Shown here piece after piece: positions 32,511-43,467 of a stretch of DNA of 64,000 bases. How positions within the stretch are numbered: position 1 is the first letter of the stretch; each line of letters begins with the position of its first letter. The stretch is from NCBI GenBank assembly GCA_965246715.1, contig CBDFFH010000051.1, positions 197,803 through 261,802 on the forward strand, read 5' to 3'. This DNA is from Chamaesiphon sp. Lineage in GTDB: Bacteria > Cyanobacteriota > Cyanobacteriia > Cyanobacteriales > Chamaesiphonaceae. A model generated the notes under the pieces. The model saw only the letters and a program-made list of their open reading frames with translations, did not search any database and was not told the origin of the DNA. The position numbers were made by a program, and so were the translations under genes.

Positions 32511-33845
32511 ATGATGGACTGGGAACAGCTATTGACACCAAAAAGGCTTGGTAAAAGTGCGCTAGAAGATCGAGAATTTATTCGCACACCATTCCAACGA
32601 GATTACGATCGCTTAATTTTCTCCTCAGCATTCCGTCGCCTCAAAGACAAAACACAAGTTTTCTCTTTACCTACAAATGACTATATTCGGACTCGGTTGA
32701 TTCATAGTCTGGAAGTTTCATCAGTAGGACGTTCGCTCGGGCGAATTATCGGGCAAACAGTTCTCGATCGGCATAAACTTCAGGGTAAGTTTGAGGTGGC
32801 TGATTTTGGGGATATTGTCTCTGCTGCTAGTCTGGCACACGATATTGGCAATCCACCATTCGGACATGCGGGAGAAGATGCGATTCAAGCAGGATTTCAG
32901 TCATGGTATCATCCCGAAAAATGTCTGAGCGATCGCCAAAAAACTGACTTCGATCTTTATGAAGGAAACGCTCAAGGTTTTCGGATTTTAACCCGCTTAG
33001 AAATGCAGCATCGCCAGGGTGGAATGCAACTTACTTGTCCGACTTTAGCTACTTTTACTAAATATCCACGAGAATCAGTTATCGAGCCAAAAGTTCTCAA
33101 GGGTTATACTGGCAGAAGTGCGAAAAAATATGGTTTCTTTCAAGCAGATGTTGAGATATTTACAGAGGTAGCTGAGACAGTTGGGTTGATGCGTCGATCG
33201 GATCGTGCGGCTTGGTGGTGCCGTCATCCACTGGCCTTTTTAGTTGAAGCAGCAGATGATATTTGCTACGCTATTGTTGACGTAGAAGATGGACACCGCA
33301 TGGGATACATTCCCTTTGCTATAGCGCGAGATCTCCTTGCACCGATCGCCGATCTACCAGCAGAGAGACTTACAGGGATCGAAATTGAATTAGAGCAGAT
33401 CGAATACTTACGTGCTGCTGCGATTAACAATTTAATTATGGAAACCAAAGAGATTTTCTTGGATCATGAAGATAGTATTCTATCTGGCAAGTTTGACAAA
33501 GATTTATTATCTTTGAGTGGCAAATATGCTCTGCCGCTCAAAAATATTTCTCAAGCAACCCGCGTACTCGTATTCGATCGACCGGATGTGCTAAATATTC
33601 AGATTGCTGGCTATGAGGTATTGGGTAAACTATTTGCTGAATTTGCTAATGCAATTTTTAGTAATACTAAAAAGGGGAGATTAATTTCCAAGATGTTACC
33701 CCAAGAGCATCAACCTAGCGATAATGACAGTGACTACGAGAAAATTCTCAAAATCACCGATTATATTTCTGGAATGACTGATTCTTCCGCCACCAATCTC
33801 TTTCAACAATTTAGTGGTATTTCTTTGCAAACCAAGCAATCATAG
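32511..33845 (+). CDS. dgt: Deoxyguanosinetriphosphate triphosphohydrolase (dGTPase, HD family)
   Basis: RDYDR, FRRLKDKTQV, TRLIHSLEV, HDIGNPPFGH, EAADDICY, DYISGMTD. Confidence 0.95.
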   Translation: MMDWEQLLTPKRLGKSALEDREFIRTPFQRDYDRLIFSSAFRRLKDKTQVFSLPTNDYIRTRLIHSLEVSSVGRSLGRIIGQTVLDRHKLQGKFEVADFGDIVSAASLAHDIGNPPFGHAGEDAIQAGFQSWYHPEKCLSDRQKTDFDLYEGNAQGFRILTRLEMQHRQGGMQLTCPTLATFTKYPRESVIEPKVLKGYTGRSAKKYGFFQADVEIFTEVAETVGLMRRSDRAAWWCRHPLAFLVEAADDICYAIVDVEDGHRMGYIPFAIARDLLAPIADLPAERLTGIEIELEQIEYLRAAAINNLIMETKEIFLDHEDSILSGKFDKDLLSLSGKYALPLKNISQATRVLVFDRPDVLNIQIAGYEVLGKLFAEFANAIFSNTKKGRLISKMLPQEHQPSDNDSDYEKILKITDYISGMTDSSATNLFQQFSGISLQTKQS

Positions 33846-34574
33846 TCCTTGTAATCGCAACTCCGCCAAACTAGAGATCGTAATATCTGCTCCCTGTAAT
33901 GGTTGTGCAAATCGACCCCAAGAGATGCCGATACAGCCAGCCGCGCCGCCTTTACTAGCCATCGACATATCCCAGATACTATCGCCCACCATCAACGTCC
34001 GATCGGGATTTACGCCCAACTGTTGACAGGCAAGGCGAAACAAGCGCGGATCTGGCTTTGCAAAATCCCGATCGGAACCCAATAACACCTGAAAATGAGC
34101 TTGTAACTGTTGGTATTCGGCAAATTTAGTCACTTGACTGGTAGTTGCTGCCGATAGGATGCCTAACTTAATCCCGGCATTGGCATAAGACTCAATTGCT
34201 TCCCGACAGCCAGGAAACATCGCGGCAGGAGTAGATTCCATGACGCGATCCGCTTCGGTAAAAGCTTTGTGGACGATCTGCACCGCTTCGCTCCAGCCCC
34301 GTCCCGTTTCCGCAATATACGCCGCCGCTGCGATTTCATTTTCATACCGACTGCCGACTGCTTGCAATCCAGCCAGATTCAGGGTGCCATCCTGTACCCC
34401 AAATGCCATGAGTAATGGTTCGCCCACGCCAGGGATTTGGGAATCTACCAGTCGCGCCCGCTTTTGAGCGAGGTTGCGGAGATAGTCCCCTGAGTCTTCG
34501 AGCGTACCATCTTTATCGAAAATAATTGCTTGAATATCTGGAAAATTGTGGCTCGCACAATCGATCGAAGGCAT
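33840..34574 (-). CDS. HAD-superfamily hydrolase
   Basis: FDKDGTL motif I, KPDP, VGDS..D. Confidence 0.92.
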   Translation of the reverse strand: MPSIDCASHNFPDIQAIIFDKDGTLEDSGDYLRNLAQKRARLVDSQIPGVGEPLLMAFGVQDGTLNLAGLQAVGSRYENEIAAAAYIAETGRGWSEAVQIVHKAFTEADRVMESTPAAMFPGCREAIESYANAGIKLGILSAATTSQVTKFAEYQQLQAHFQVLLGSDRDFAKPDPRLFRLACQQLGVNPDRTLMVGDSIWDMSMASKGGAAGCIGISWGRFAQPLQGADITISSLAELRLQGL

Positions 34575-34799
34575 ATTTTATTAATTATGTAATGACTGAT
34601 AAATACATTATCCTGCCGATCCGCTCCGCTGATGAGCAGATCGGGGTTGGAGATGAAGTGACACGTTAAATAATATTGCGACTGCGTGAGGGTGGGTCGG
34701 CTGGCAGTGCAAGATCGAAAGGATATAGACAATTTGGCATCCCCTCAATAAAATTGCCAACAAATCATAAAAATTGACTTACTATAGGAGACCGCACCA

Positions 34800-35645
34800 A
34801 TGATTCAGAAGATTTTAATCGCTGTCGCTGGATTGGGTAAATGCGAACAGATGCTCAAAATGCTGATGGAAATTCCTTCCATTCAACGGGCTTCAATTAC
34901 TATTTTACATGTAGTGACACCGCAAGTAACTACCGACCTGATGGCTGAAAAACTTGCCAGTGGCGGTAAGATATTAGCCGATGCGGTGGAGTATCTCAAG
35001 TTAGATCCTGCCAAAGTCAATGTCAGGCTCAAGCAAGGCGATCCTAAAGATGTTGTCTGCCAAGTTGCTGACGAGGAAGGTGTCGATCTGATTATTATGG
35101 GTTCGCGGGGACTCAGCCGTTTGGAATCGATCCTCTCTAATTCTGTCAGTCAATACGTCTTTCAGCTTACCTCCCGCCCGATGTTATTAGTCAAAGATGA
35201 TGTTTATATCAAACGCATCAATCGGATCATGGTAGGGTATGACAACTCAGTTGCCGCCAAAGAATCACTCAAATTAGCACTATTTTTCCTCCGCGATATC
35301 AAAGGAAGTAAACTACTCCTCACCCAAATTAAATCTACTCAAAAAGCTGCTGATGCAATCGATCGAGCCGAGCTAGACCCAATTTTTGCTACCGCGATTA
35401 CTGAAGTAAAAAGACTCGGAGTAGATTACAAATGTATCGTCACCGTTGGCGATCCCGGAAAAGAACTATGTAAGGCGAGTGAAGAATTTAATGCCGATTT
35501 ATTGATGCTTGGTTCGCCAGATCGTCGTCCCTCGGTCGCCAAAAGTCTCCCAGATCTCGATCGCTTATTAGGCAACTCGATGTCTGATTATGTGCGTGTC
35601 AAGGCTCAGTGCCCCGTGTTGTTGACTCGATCGGCAGTAGCTTAG
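34800..35645 (+). CDS. Tandem-domain universal stress protein
   Basis: Two USP domains: GDPKDVV...LIIMGSRG...SVSQYV and GDPGKEL...LMLGS...CPVLL. Confidence 0.93.
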   Translation: MIQKILIAVAGLGKCEQMLKMLMEIPSIQRASITILHVVTPQVTTDLMAEKLASGGKILADAVEYLKLDPAKVNVRLKQGDPKDVVCQVADEEGVDLIIMGSRGLSRLESILSNSVSQYVFQLTSRPMLLVKDDVYIKRINRIMVGYDNSVAAKESLKLALFFLRDIKGSKLLLTQIKSTQKAADAIDRAELDPIFATAITEVKRLGVDYKCIVTVGDPGKELCKASEEFNADLLMLGSPDRRPSVAKSLPDLDRLLGNSMSDYVRVKAQCPVLLTRSAVA

Positions 35646-35776
35646 GGAATAGGGATTAGAGCCTAGAGTATACTCAGCCAGGTCGATAACGTCTAGCCAC
35701 TATTGACTATTCACTATTCACTAGCTACCAGCCACTTACTGCTAAAATTGAACATCAAATACTCAATCGATCGATC

Positions 35777-37738
35777 GTGCAAATCCGTTTGATGTGGGAA
35801 GATCCGGCAACAGGGGAACGCAGAGAACCCCTGTTAACTGTCCCCATTGCCTTGGGGCGAGAATTCGAGCGACTTCCTGCCGAAATCGACGGGCAACGGG
35901 TCTGTCGGGTGGTATTGAATAGTTTGGAAGTATCGCGCTATCATGCCCTGATTACTAGCGATGGCAATCGATCGATCGTCCTCGATCGTGATAGCAGTAA
36001 TGGAGTATTAGTCAATGGACAACAACAGAAGCAATGTGAGATCGTTCCAGGCGATATCATCCAAATCGGCAATTACCAAATCTCGATCGCGATCGAAAGC
36101 AATCAACAACCCGTAACTACTCCAGCTCATCAAGCCCAGATTAGATTCAATGCCGTTACCAATCGACCAGATCCCCGCATCACACAGCCGCCACCCGTTC
36201 AGGTAAATAATTTTCTCCACCCGATCTTCGGCCAGCAACAGATCGATCCTCAAGCCATTCATGCCACTGGATTGCCAGTCGAAGAAGTCGAATATACCAG
36301 CATCGGTGGCGGTTTGGGGAGTTTTATTTGGGTCGATTTACTCCGAATTGGCGGAGTGAGTACCGAGCGGATTCGCGTGTTGGGGATGGAACAGAAACCC
36401 CACGGACGCTACCAACAACTTTGCCTCAACGCCCAGATTACCCCACAGGAGCGGCTGCGATCGGCTGCTGATGCCTGCCCCGACAATATTTGGGGTTTTC
36501 CAAATTATGCCACTCGCGAGGCGATAAGAGACATCGCTAAGGGGAAATTAAAATCGGGTTTGGGTAATCTCTGGCAGGTATTTGCCGAACCAAATCTCGC
36601 TACTACTTATACCCCCAAATCTGGCGATGTCATCGCAGCGATCGATCGGGAAGCCATGCGAATTAGTTGGAGTAAAATGATTCGGACGGCTAGCGTCAAA
36701 GCAATTCGCAAGACAAGCGATGGCCGATATGCGATCGTCTATACCCGCCAACAGCCTGACGATTATGCTTGCACGATCGCGCGGTATGTTCACATCGCGA
36801 CAGGCTATCCCGCACTGCAATTTTTACCAGACTTGCAAGCATATCGCGATCGGACGCAAGATTTCAAAACAGTCGTCAATGCCTACGAACCTCACGAGCA
36901 CATTTATGAAGCTCTCACCACATATGGTGGTACAGTAGTATTGCGGGGCACGGGAACGGTAGCAGCGAGAATTTTACAACGGCTTTATACGATTCGCCGC
37001 AATAACGATCGGGTCGAAATTAAGGTAATTCAGTTATTACGATCGGCAAAAACAGAAGGGAATAAATATGGTTTAGCCGAGCGTAAAGTCGAACATAATT
37101 ATGAATTTCAGTCCTTCAACTGGCCGAAATCTGCATGGGGTGGTCAGTATAAAAAGATCTTGGAAACTGCAACACCCGATCGACGGCAGAACTTGTTAGC
37201 AGATTGGGGTGGTGTCACGACGATGAATCGCGCCGACTGGCGCAAAATTATCGCTGGTGGGATTAGCAAGCGGTGGTATCAGATCGTCTATGGTGAAGTC
37301 CAACAAGTCACACCCAATCCAACGCATGGCGGCACGATTACCACTGTTCGCGAATCGGGAACTGCCAGCGAAATTCAGTTAACATCGGATTTTATTATCG
37401 ATGCTACTGCTGTAGATGCCCCAGTTAGTGCCAGTCCGTTACTCCAAGATTTAGTCCAAAAATACGATTTACCAATCAATCATCTCGGAAGATTGACAGT
37501 TAGCAGTGATTTTGAACTGGCAGAAATGGCAAATCAAGCTGGGAAGATTTATATTTCTGGTTCGATCGCATTAGGTAATTATTATGCCCCAGTTGATAGT
37601 TTTTTAGGCTTACAATATGCGGCTTTTAATATCGTCCAAAATCTTTTGGATATAAAAGCTGTCGAACTCAAACCATTAGTGTTATCTCGATCGATCGTCC
37701 AATGGTGGAAATGGACTAACAATCGATCGCCAGATTGA
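35777..37738 (+). CDS. FHA domain fused to a Rossmann/FAD-NAD-binding-like domain
   Basis: LGRE...VSRYHA...SSNGVLVNG FHA domain; IGGGLGS, IATGYP, LRGTG and DATA flavoprotein-like motifs. Confidence 0.8.
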   Translation: MQIRLMWEDPATGERREPLLTVPIALGREFERLPAEIDGQRVCRVVLNSLEVSRYHALITSDGNRSIVLDRDSSNGVLVNGQQQKQCEIVPGDIIQIGNYQISIAIESNQQPVTTPAHQAQIRFNAVTNRPDPRITQPPPVQVNNFLHPIFGQQQIDPQAIHATGLPVEEVEYTSIGGGLGSFIWVDLLRIGGVSTERIRVLGMEQKPHGRYQQLCLNAQITPQERLRSAADACPDNIWGFPNYATREAIRDIAKGKLKSGLGNLWQVFAEPNLATTYTPKSGDVIAAIDREAMRISWSKMIRTASVKAIRKTSDGRYAIVYTRQQPDDYACTIARYVHIATGYPALQFLPDLQAYRDRTQDFKTVVNAYEPHEHIYEALTTYGGTVVLRGTGTVAARILQRLYTIRRNNDRVEIKVIQLLRSAKTEGNKYGLAERKVEHNYEFQSFNWPKSAWGGQYKKILETATPDRRQNLLADWGGVTTMNRADWRKIIAGGISKRWYQIVYGEVQQVTPNPTHGGTITTVRESGTASEIQLTSDFIIDATAVDAPVSASPLLQDLVQKYDLPINHLGRLTVSSDFELAEMANQAGKIYISGSIALGNYYAPVDSFLGLQYAAFNIVQNLLDIKAVELKPLVLSRSIVQWWKWTNNRSPD

Positions 37739-37853
37739 CAGAGGTGTTTTATTTATCGATCGATCGCAGATCTATAGGGGTAGTTTTGTTCGATCGATCG
37801 CATCTCAAACTAAACAGCAATATTAAACCTCTTCTTTGCATAATAGTTAAGCT

Positions 37854-38075
37854 GTGGGCAATGCCCACCCTACATTTTTAGTATTCTATACATAGCCGTA
37901 GCAAAAATAATTTAAACTGTTTGATTCGACCGATCTCTACACTAATCGATCGAGATAAATAGCACCTTCAACAAACATTTCTACTGCAAATAATGATACA
38001 TGAACGAGCGATCGAATATATTTAACACTTATCAAATTCGAACGACTACGTATTGTTGGACAATGCCCACCCTAC
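37854..38075. repeat. Two GTAG-type REP-like palindromes (37854-37873, 38057-38075)
   Basis: GTGGGCAATGCCCACCCTAC and TGGACAATGCCCACCCTAC. Confidence 0.7.
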
Positions 38076-38157
38076 AAAGTTGAAATCTGTTTTACTGAAA
38101 CATCATCAAAATGAGTTGATTGATAATCTCCACCCGCTCATTTTGAGATCGAAGTAA

Positions 38158-38799
38158 TTACTCTTTAGAATCCTTGATTGGAGGTTGGTTCCCCGCATAA
38201 AGTCTAAGACTTTCGGGAGTTAAGTCAATAGTAAATTCATTGGCCTTGTGAACAACTGCCCCACTTAATGCACCAGCACCTATTCCACAAAGAACTGTAC
38301 CAATGGTCGAGAGAATCGGATCGTTCGTTAATTCGGCTGTTGATTTAAACGTGTTTAATAGAACACCAATTCCCGCTCCACTAATACCACCTATTACAGC
38401 ACCACCTTTTGCACTTTGACCAATTGTAAACATTTGTGTGTTTGTTGTTGGCGTAATTGAAGTCGGCAATTGAGCTGGTAAGACATACGATTGTGGCTTC
38501 GATTCTAAAGCTCCTGGTGGAATGGAATTATATAATTTACTAAATGCAGCTAGAGCTTCTTGATTCGAGCCAAAATGAATATTGATATTCATTGGAATAC
38601 CGGCCAAAGACGATAGCTTATCTTCTACGATTGACTCTAGTAATTGCTTGAGAATATTAGCAGTTTCGTTATGTTCTTCGATTGTAATATCAATACGTTG
38701 AACATTACCCGCTTTTAGAGACTCTAAAGCGGGTAATGAGTTAGGGCTATGAAGCAAAATTGCGCTTGGAGTAACTTGTTGAGTTTTGGTAATTTTCAT
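38158..38799 (-). CDS. Hypothetical membrane protein with glycine-zipper helices
   Basis: GAVIGGISGAGIGVLL and GTVLCGIGAGALSGAVV segments; AT-rich. Confidence 0.7.
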   Translation of the reverse strand: MKITKTQQVTPSAILLHSPNSLPALESLKAGNVQRIDITIEEHNETANILKQLLESIVEDKLSSLAGIPMNINIHFGSNQEALAAFSKLYNSIPPGALESKPQSYVLPAQLPTSITPTTNTQMFTIGQSAKGGAVIGGISGAGIGVLLNTFKSTAELTNDPILSTIGTVLCGIGAGALSGAVVHKANEFTIDLTPESLRLYAGNQPPIKDSKE

Positions 38800-38988
38800 A
38801 TTTAATAAGAAAGTTAAGTGCGTTAACTCCTTAGTAGTCGAGCGAGATCGCTAGATCACACCTGTAAAATATGTATTATCATAACATGCTTTCAACTTAG
38901 TTACGATCTCAATTATTCACGATCGACTGTCAATACTGCCCGATCTCTATTCCATCTTATCCTTATTTCCCAACAGGTCTACTAGCCA

Positions 38989-39600
38989 CTAACCTAGCTG
39001 CTTACACATAAACAACCGTTCCGGACGATGCCACCAGGGAAACCAAGACCACATAAATTCGGTAGAGACAACTTGATAGCCTAATTTTTGGTACAAACTC
39101 AGTCCGTTGGCGTTATCTGCCATCACATGCAAATATAGTTCTGTATAACCCCAAGATTGAGTGATGCGTTCGCAATCGCCCAGCAGTTCTCGCGCTACGC
39201 CGCGCCGTCGAAACTCGTCGCTGACAGCGAGATTGGAGATATAGACATAGCGATATGGTTTCGGTCGATCGTTTGCAGTGCGCACGCCGACTTCTACGGT
39301 TCCCACGACCCGAGGTTGGCCACGATCGTCATACAATGCGATCGAGCAAACTTGCTGTTGGGGTTTAATGCGTCCAGAGATCGCCGTACACGCCCGTAAA
39401 CGATGGCGTAAATCTTCGGCAATACCTAGTTTAAATAATGGCGTAAACCAAGCTCTCCATCCGCGATCGAAATGAAAGCTATGCGTGATAATATCGGCAA
39501 CGTAATGAATTTCAGTTTCTCGCACGGCACGGACTTCAATTTGATGTACATCAAACGAAATTGCACGCGCGATATTAGTCGTATTTGCGATCGTGTCCAA
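38989..39600 (-). CDS. GNAT family N-acetyltransferase
   Basis: YISNLAV...RRRGVA motif A; LHV...N...LYQKLGY motif B. Confidence 0.92.
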   Translation of the reverse strand: MDTIANTTNIARAISFDVHQIEVRAVRETEIHYVADIITHSFHFDRGWRAWFTPLFKLGIAEDLRHRLRACTAISGRIKPQQQVCSIALYDDRGQPRVVGTVEVGVRTANDRPKPYRYVYISNLAVSDEFRRRGVARELLGDCERITQSWGYTELYLHVMADNANGLSLYQKLGYQVVSTEFMWSWFPWWHRPERLFMCKQLG

Positions 39601-39814
39601 ATTATTTGGGGTTGCGCTGAGTTCTGATTTACTCCAGAATTGAATAACTCGATCCGTCAGGACAGCGTAGCTATCGCAGGCAATTTCATCAACCGAGATA
39701 CCAACTATCTAGATCGGTAGTGAGTCGATCTACAATGAGAACTGACAGAGCCACACAAAACCGATCTTTATTATAACTCATCTAGCCGATCGTGCAGTCG
39801 ATCGAGGTTATCCC

Positions 39815-40498
39815 TTGGCATCTCCCCCACAGCATCACACCCCCCCTGAAGAACAAAAATCGCCAGGAGCTGGTTTAGCTGCTGGCAAACCACCGATTAT
39901 TTTGGTCGAAACTGCCTTCCTTGCAAGTACGGCTAGTTTACTGTGGCTGTTAAACTATTATTTTCCGGTTGGGGCGATTTTTAGAATCTTCTTCCCGATT
40001 CCGATCGCGTTGATGTATTTACGTTGGGGACACCGTGCTGGCTGGATGACAGCACTGGTTTCGGGCTTGTTATTGTCGGTGTTAATGGGGCCGACCCGCA
40101 GCATCTTATTCGTGATGCCATACGGTCTGATGGGAGTCCAGCTCGGGGCGTGTTGGCGACGACGGGTGGGTTGGCTGGTCTCGATCTCGTTAGGTGCATT
40201 GCTAGACTGCTTGGGCGTGTTCTTTCGCTTTGGGTTGACTTCGTTATTATTAGGCGAAGATCTATGGATGTATTTGATGGCCAGGATTCGCGATCTGACC
40301 GAATGGCTGTTTTTGCAGTTGGGCATCCTCGCCGAGCCGAATATTATCATCATTCAAATTTTCGCAGTTGGCTTGATCTTATTAAGTAGCTTTGTCTATC
40401 TATTCGTCGTCCATCTGGTGGCAGTGCTGATGTTCGAGCGATTGGGCAATCCGATTCCCAAGGCTCCTGCTTGGGTAGATACGTTGTTGGATCTTTAG
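39815..40498 (+). CDS. DUF2232 family membrane protein
   Basis: LVETAFLAS, PIPIAL, MGPTRS, PYG; multiple TM helices. Confidence 0.85.
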   Translation: MASPPQHHTPPEEQKSPGAGLAAGKPPIILVETAFLASTASLLWLLNYYFPVGAIFRIFFPIPIALMYLRWGHRAGWMTALVSGLLLSVLMGPTRSILFVMPYGLMGVQLGACWRRRVGWLVSISLGALLDCLGVFFRFGLTSLLLGEDLWMYLMARIRDLTEWLFLQLGILAEPNIIIIQIFAVGLILLSSFVYLFVVHLVAVLMFERLGNPIPKAPAWVDTLLDL

Positions 40499-40699
40499 GG
40501 AATAGCTACAGTCGGTTTGAGCTGAGGACTTCGATATCATAAAAGAAAGCGGATCGAGTGCCGTGCCCAGTTAGGATTGTGATTCCGGAATCGACCGATC
40601 GAGATATGTTTAATATTAAGATGTAGCTCTGCTCGAATTGTGAAACTTCATCGCTAGGATGTGAGTCTTATCTGGATAGCTAGCACGATCCAAATATTG

Positions 40700-40854
40700 A
40701 ACCCAAGTTGCTACCCATAACCCCAGCGGTTAGAAACCGCCGCTCGGAGTGCAAAGTCCGCCTTCGCGGACTAATAATTCAGTCCGCGAAGGCGGACTTC
40801 GCATCATTAGCCGCGACTTCAGTCGCAGGCAAGAAATAGGTAGCAACTTGGGTT
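40700..40854. repeat. Composite palindromic element (family B): different TIR, same internal hairpin as family A
   Basis: 16-bp TIR AACCCAAGTTGCTACC...GGTAGCAACTTGGGTT around AAGTCCGCCTTCGCGGACT...AGTCCGCGAAGGCGGACTT; a lone TIR at 47992-48008. Confidence 0.85.
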
Positions 40855-40943
40855 ATTTACAAAACTGGAAGAAATCCGATTCTAGTTAGTCGGCAACACC
40901 CGCCCGACATTTTATCATTCAATTCATCATTCATAATTCCTAG

Positions 40944-43199
40944 ATGTCTTCTCAGCCCCCAAAAAAGACACTGCTGGCTCAACTCACACAAGCAATCGGG
41001 CGAACGAAAGTTAACTTTACTCGCTTGGCACTCAAGCCCAATGCGAGAGTCCCCAAACTATTGGTGCAAGATGCCGATGCGCCAGAGCCAGATATTTTTC
41101 CCCTGCTGGGTGAGAAGTATGTCTTGGGGAGAAGTTCGCAATCGTGTGATATTGTCGTTCGGAATGAAGTCGTCAGCCAAATCCATTTATCCCTGACCAG
41201 AGATCGCAAAAAAGGTACGACTTTCTTGCTCAAAGATGAAGGTTCGACCAATGGGATTTATCGCGGCAAAAAACGAGTCGATCGGATTACGCTCAGAAAT
41301 GGCGATAAGTTTACGTTAGGGCCGCCCGAACTCAAAGCAGCAGTTAAGATCGTCTATCTCGATCCCCCACCACTGTATCTAAAACTGTTGCGGTATGGAC
41401 TGTATGGCACTGGCAGCGTGTTAAGTCTGTTGCTGCTAGCAATCCTGGCAGCGTCTACCAAAGTAAGTGTCAATCCCCTCCCCGATGCTAATGGCCCCGT
41501 ACTAGTCTATTCCGACGATCTCGAACAGCCACTGCGCCCTGCCAAAACCGGAGCGCATAAGGATCTGGCTAGCCTGTCAGATTTTTCCCCCTACTTACCC
41601 AAGGCGCTGATTGCATCCGAAGATAGCCGATTTTATTGGCATTTTGGTGTCGATCCGTGGGGAGTCGGACGGGCGATAGTTGTCGGGCGGCAGAAGGGTA
41701 AATTGACTCAGGGGGCGAGTACGCTTACTCAGCAGGTGGCGCGGAGTTTGTTTCGATCGTATGTCGGCAGTGAGGATAATCTCGCCCGCAAGGCGCGCGA
41801 AGCCGTCGTCGCGCTCAAATTGGAGGCGACATATAGCAAGGATACATTGCTGTTGACCTATCTCAATCGGGTATTTCTCGGTGACGACGCACACGGATTT
41901 GAAGATGCCGCCCAACACTACTTTGGCAAATCGGCGAAGGACTTGACGCTCCCCGAATCAGCGATGTTAGTCGGGATTTTACCTGGGCCGAATATCTTCA
42001 ACCCCTGCGTCGCCGATAAGCAGGGACGAAAGGGGATGAAGGCACTGGAACGGCGCAATCTAGTGCTGACGAGGATGTTGGAGACAGGGGCGATTAGCGC
42101 GGCTGAAGCTAGGGAGGCTCGCAGATCGACACTCAGCTATCGGCAGGAAGCTTGCTCGCCGAGTACGAATACGAAGGCACCCTATCTCTATGGCTACGTA
42201 TTTCAGGAACTCCAGGAAATCTTGGGCAGCGAGACGGCTAAAGAAGGTAACTTCGCGATCGAAACCGGAATAAATCTGAACATGCAAGCAAAAGCCGAAG
42301 CCGCCCTCCAGCAAAATGTGGCAAATGCTGGCGGCACTTATCGCTTTTCGCAAGGAGGTGTCCTGAGTCTCGATCCTAGTACCGGAATCGTCAAGGCGAT
42401 GGTTGGTGGGGTGAGCTACAAACAGAGTCAATTCAATCGAGCCACAGATGCCAAACGCCAGCCCGGATCGACGTTTAAGCTATTTGCCTATGCAGCGGCG
42501 ATCGAGGGCGGTATCGCGCCGGGAAAGACCTATTCTTGCGATCCTTTGAGCTGGGGGGGTAGGCAATTTCCGGCTTGTGGACATGGAGCCACAGGATCGA
42601 CGAATATGTCTACCGGGTTGGCTCTATCTGAAAATGTCATCGCGTTGCGCGTCGGGCGAGATATCGGTCTGCCCAAGGTCTTAGCCACTGCCCAGAAAAT
42701 GGGGGTGAAATCGCATCTCGATGAGGTGCCTGCAGTCATCTTGGGGCAAAGTGTCGTCAACATGCTCGAGATGACTGGAGCTTACGGTGCGGTTGCCGAT
42801 AATGGGGTGTGGCACAAACCCCATGTCATCAAGCGAGTCTACGATACCAGCAATTGCGATCTCAAACAACTCAAAACCTGTCGGGTGATGTACGACCATG
42901 AGAAAAATGGTCGATCGAGTCAGCGGGTATTGCAAGCGGGTATTGCCGATACGCTAACAACGATGCTGCGAGGAGTCATCACTAATGGTACGGGGAAAAA
43001 TGCCGCGATCGGTTTAGGCGAGGTCGGTAAAACCGGAACGACAGATGATAATGTCGATCTCTGGTTTATTGGGTTTATTCCCGGTAAGCAGGTAGTAACT
43101 AGCGTCTGGCTGGGTAATGATGATAATTCTCCGACCAAGGGCAGTAGTGCCCAAGCAGCGCAGTTGTGGGGCAATTATATGGGTTCGGTTTATCGCTAG
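40944..43199 (+). CDS. Class A penicillin-binding protein (transglycosylase-transpeptidase) with an N-terminal FHA domain
   Basis: FHA (LGRS...VSQIH...GSTNG); TM; SEDSRFYWHFG, GASTLTQQ and RKARE GT51 motifs; STFK, SEN and KTG transpeptidase motifs. Confidence 0.94.
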   Translation: MSSQPPKKTLLAQLTQAIGRTKVNFTRLALKPNARVPKLLVQDADAPEPDIFPLLGEKYVLGRSSQSCDIVVRNEVVSQIHLSLTRDRKKGTTFLLKDEGSTNGIYRGKKRVDRITLRNGDKFTLGPPELKAAVKIVYLDPPPLYLKLLRYGLYGTGSVLSLLLLAILAASTKVSVNPLPDANGPVLVYSDDLEQPLRPAKTGAHKDLASLSDFSPYLPKALIASEDSRFYWHFGVDPWGVGRAIVVGRQKGKLTQGASTLTQQVARSLFRSYVGSEDNLARKAREAVVALKLEATYSKDTLLLTYLNRVFLGDDAHGFEDAAQHYFGKSAKDLTLPESAMLVGILPGPNIFNPCVADKQGRKGMKALERRNLVLTRMLETGAISAAEAREARRSTLSYRQEACSPSTNTKAPYLYGYVFQELQEILGSETAKEGNFAIETGINLNMQAKAEAALQQNVANAGGTYRFSQGGVLSLDPSTGIVKAMVGGVSYKQSQFNRATDAKRQPGSTFKLFAYAAAIEGGIAPGKTYSCDPLSWGGRQFPACGHGATGSTNMSTGLALSENVIALRVGRDIGLPKVLATAQKMGVKSHLDEVPAVILGQSVVNMLEMTGAYGAVADNGVWHKPHVIKRVYDTSNCDLKQLKTCRVMYDHEKNGRSSQRVLQAGIADTLTTMLRGVITNGTGKNAAIGLGEVGKTGTTDDNVDLWFIGFIPGKQVVTSVWLGNDDNSPTKGSSAQAAQLWGNYMGSVYR

Positions 43200-43300
43200 T
43201 CGATCGCGCTTGCTGGCAAGCAGATAATTCGCGTTTTGTCATCTACCAATGGGCGCAAATACGGCGAAATATTCCACTAGTTGTATTATTTATCGAGCGA

Positions 43301-43467
43301 TCGGGTTAAGGATATTTGCTTCGATTGAGTCCCGCCACCGATTGAAATCGGGGCTAGCACTGCAAAGTCCGCCTTCGCGGACTAGGATATTAGTCCGCGA
43401 AGGCGGACTTTGCATCACAAGTCGAGACTTCCAGTCTCTAGGCTCTTCTTAACCCGAACTCACGTTA
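43301..43467. repeat. Family A composite element, inverted and left-truncated, flanked by a 16-bp direct repeat
   Basis: Right end CCGAACTCACGTTA; TTATTTATCGAGCGAT at both 43286-43301 and 43465-43480. Confidence 0.8.

Noticed and set aside
32511..33845. dGTPase as an anti-phage defence gene
   Set aside because: It sits among housekeeping genes and looks like ordinary Dgt; nothing in the sequence distinguishes a defensive clade.
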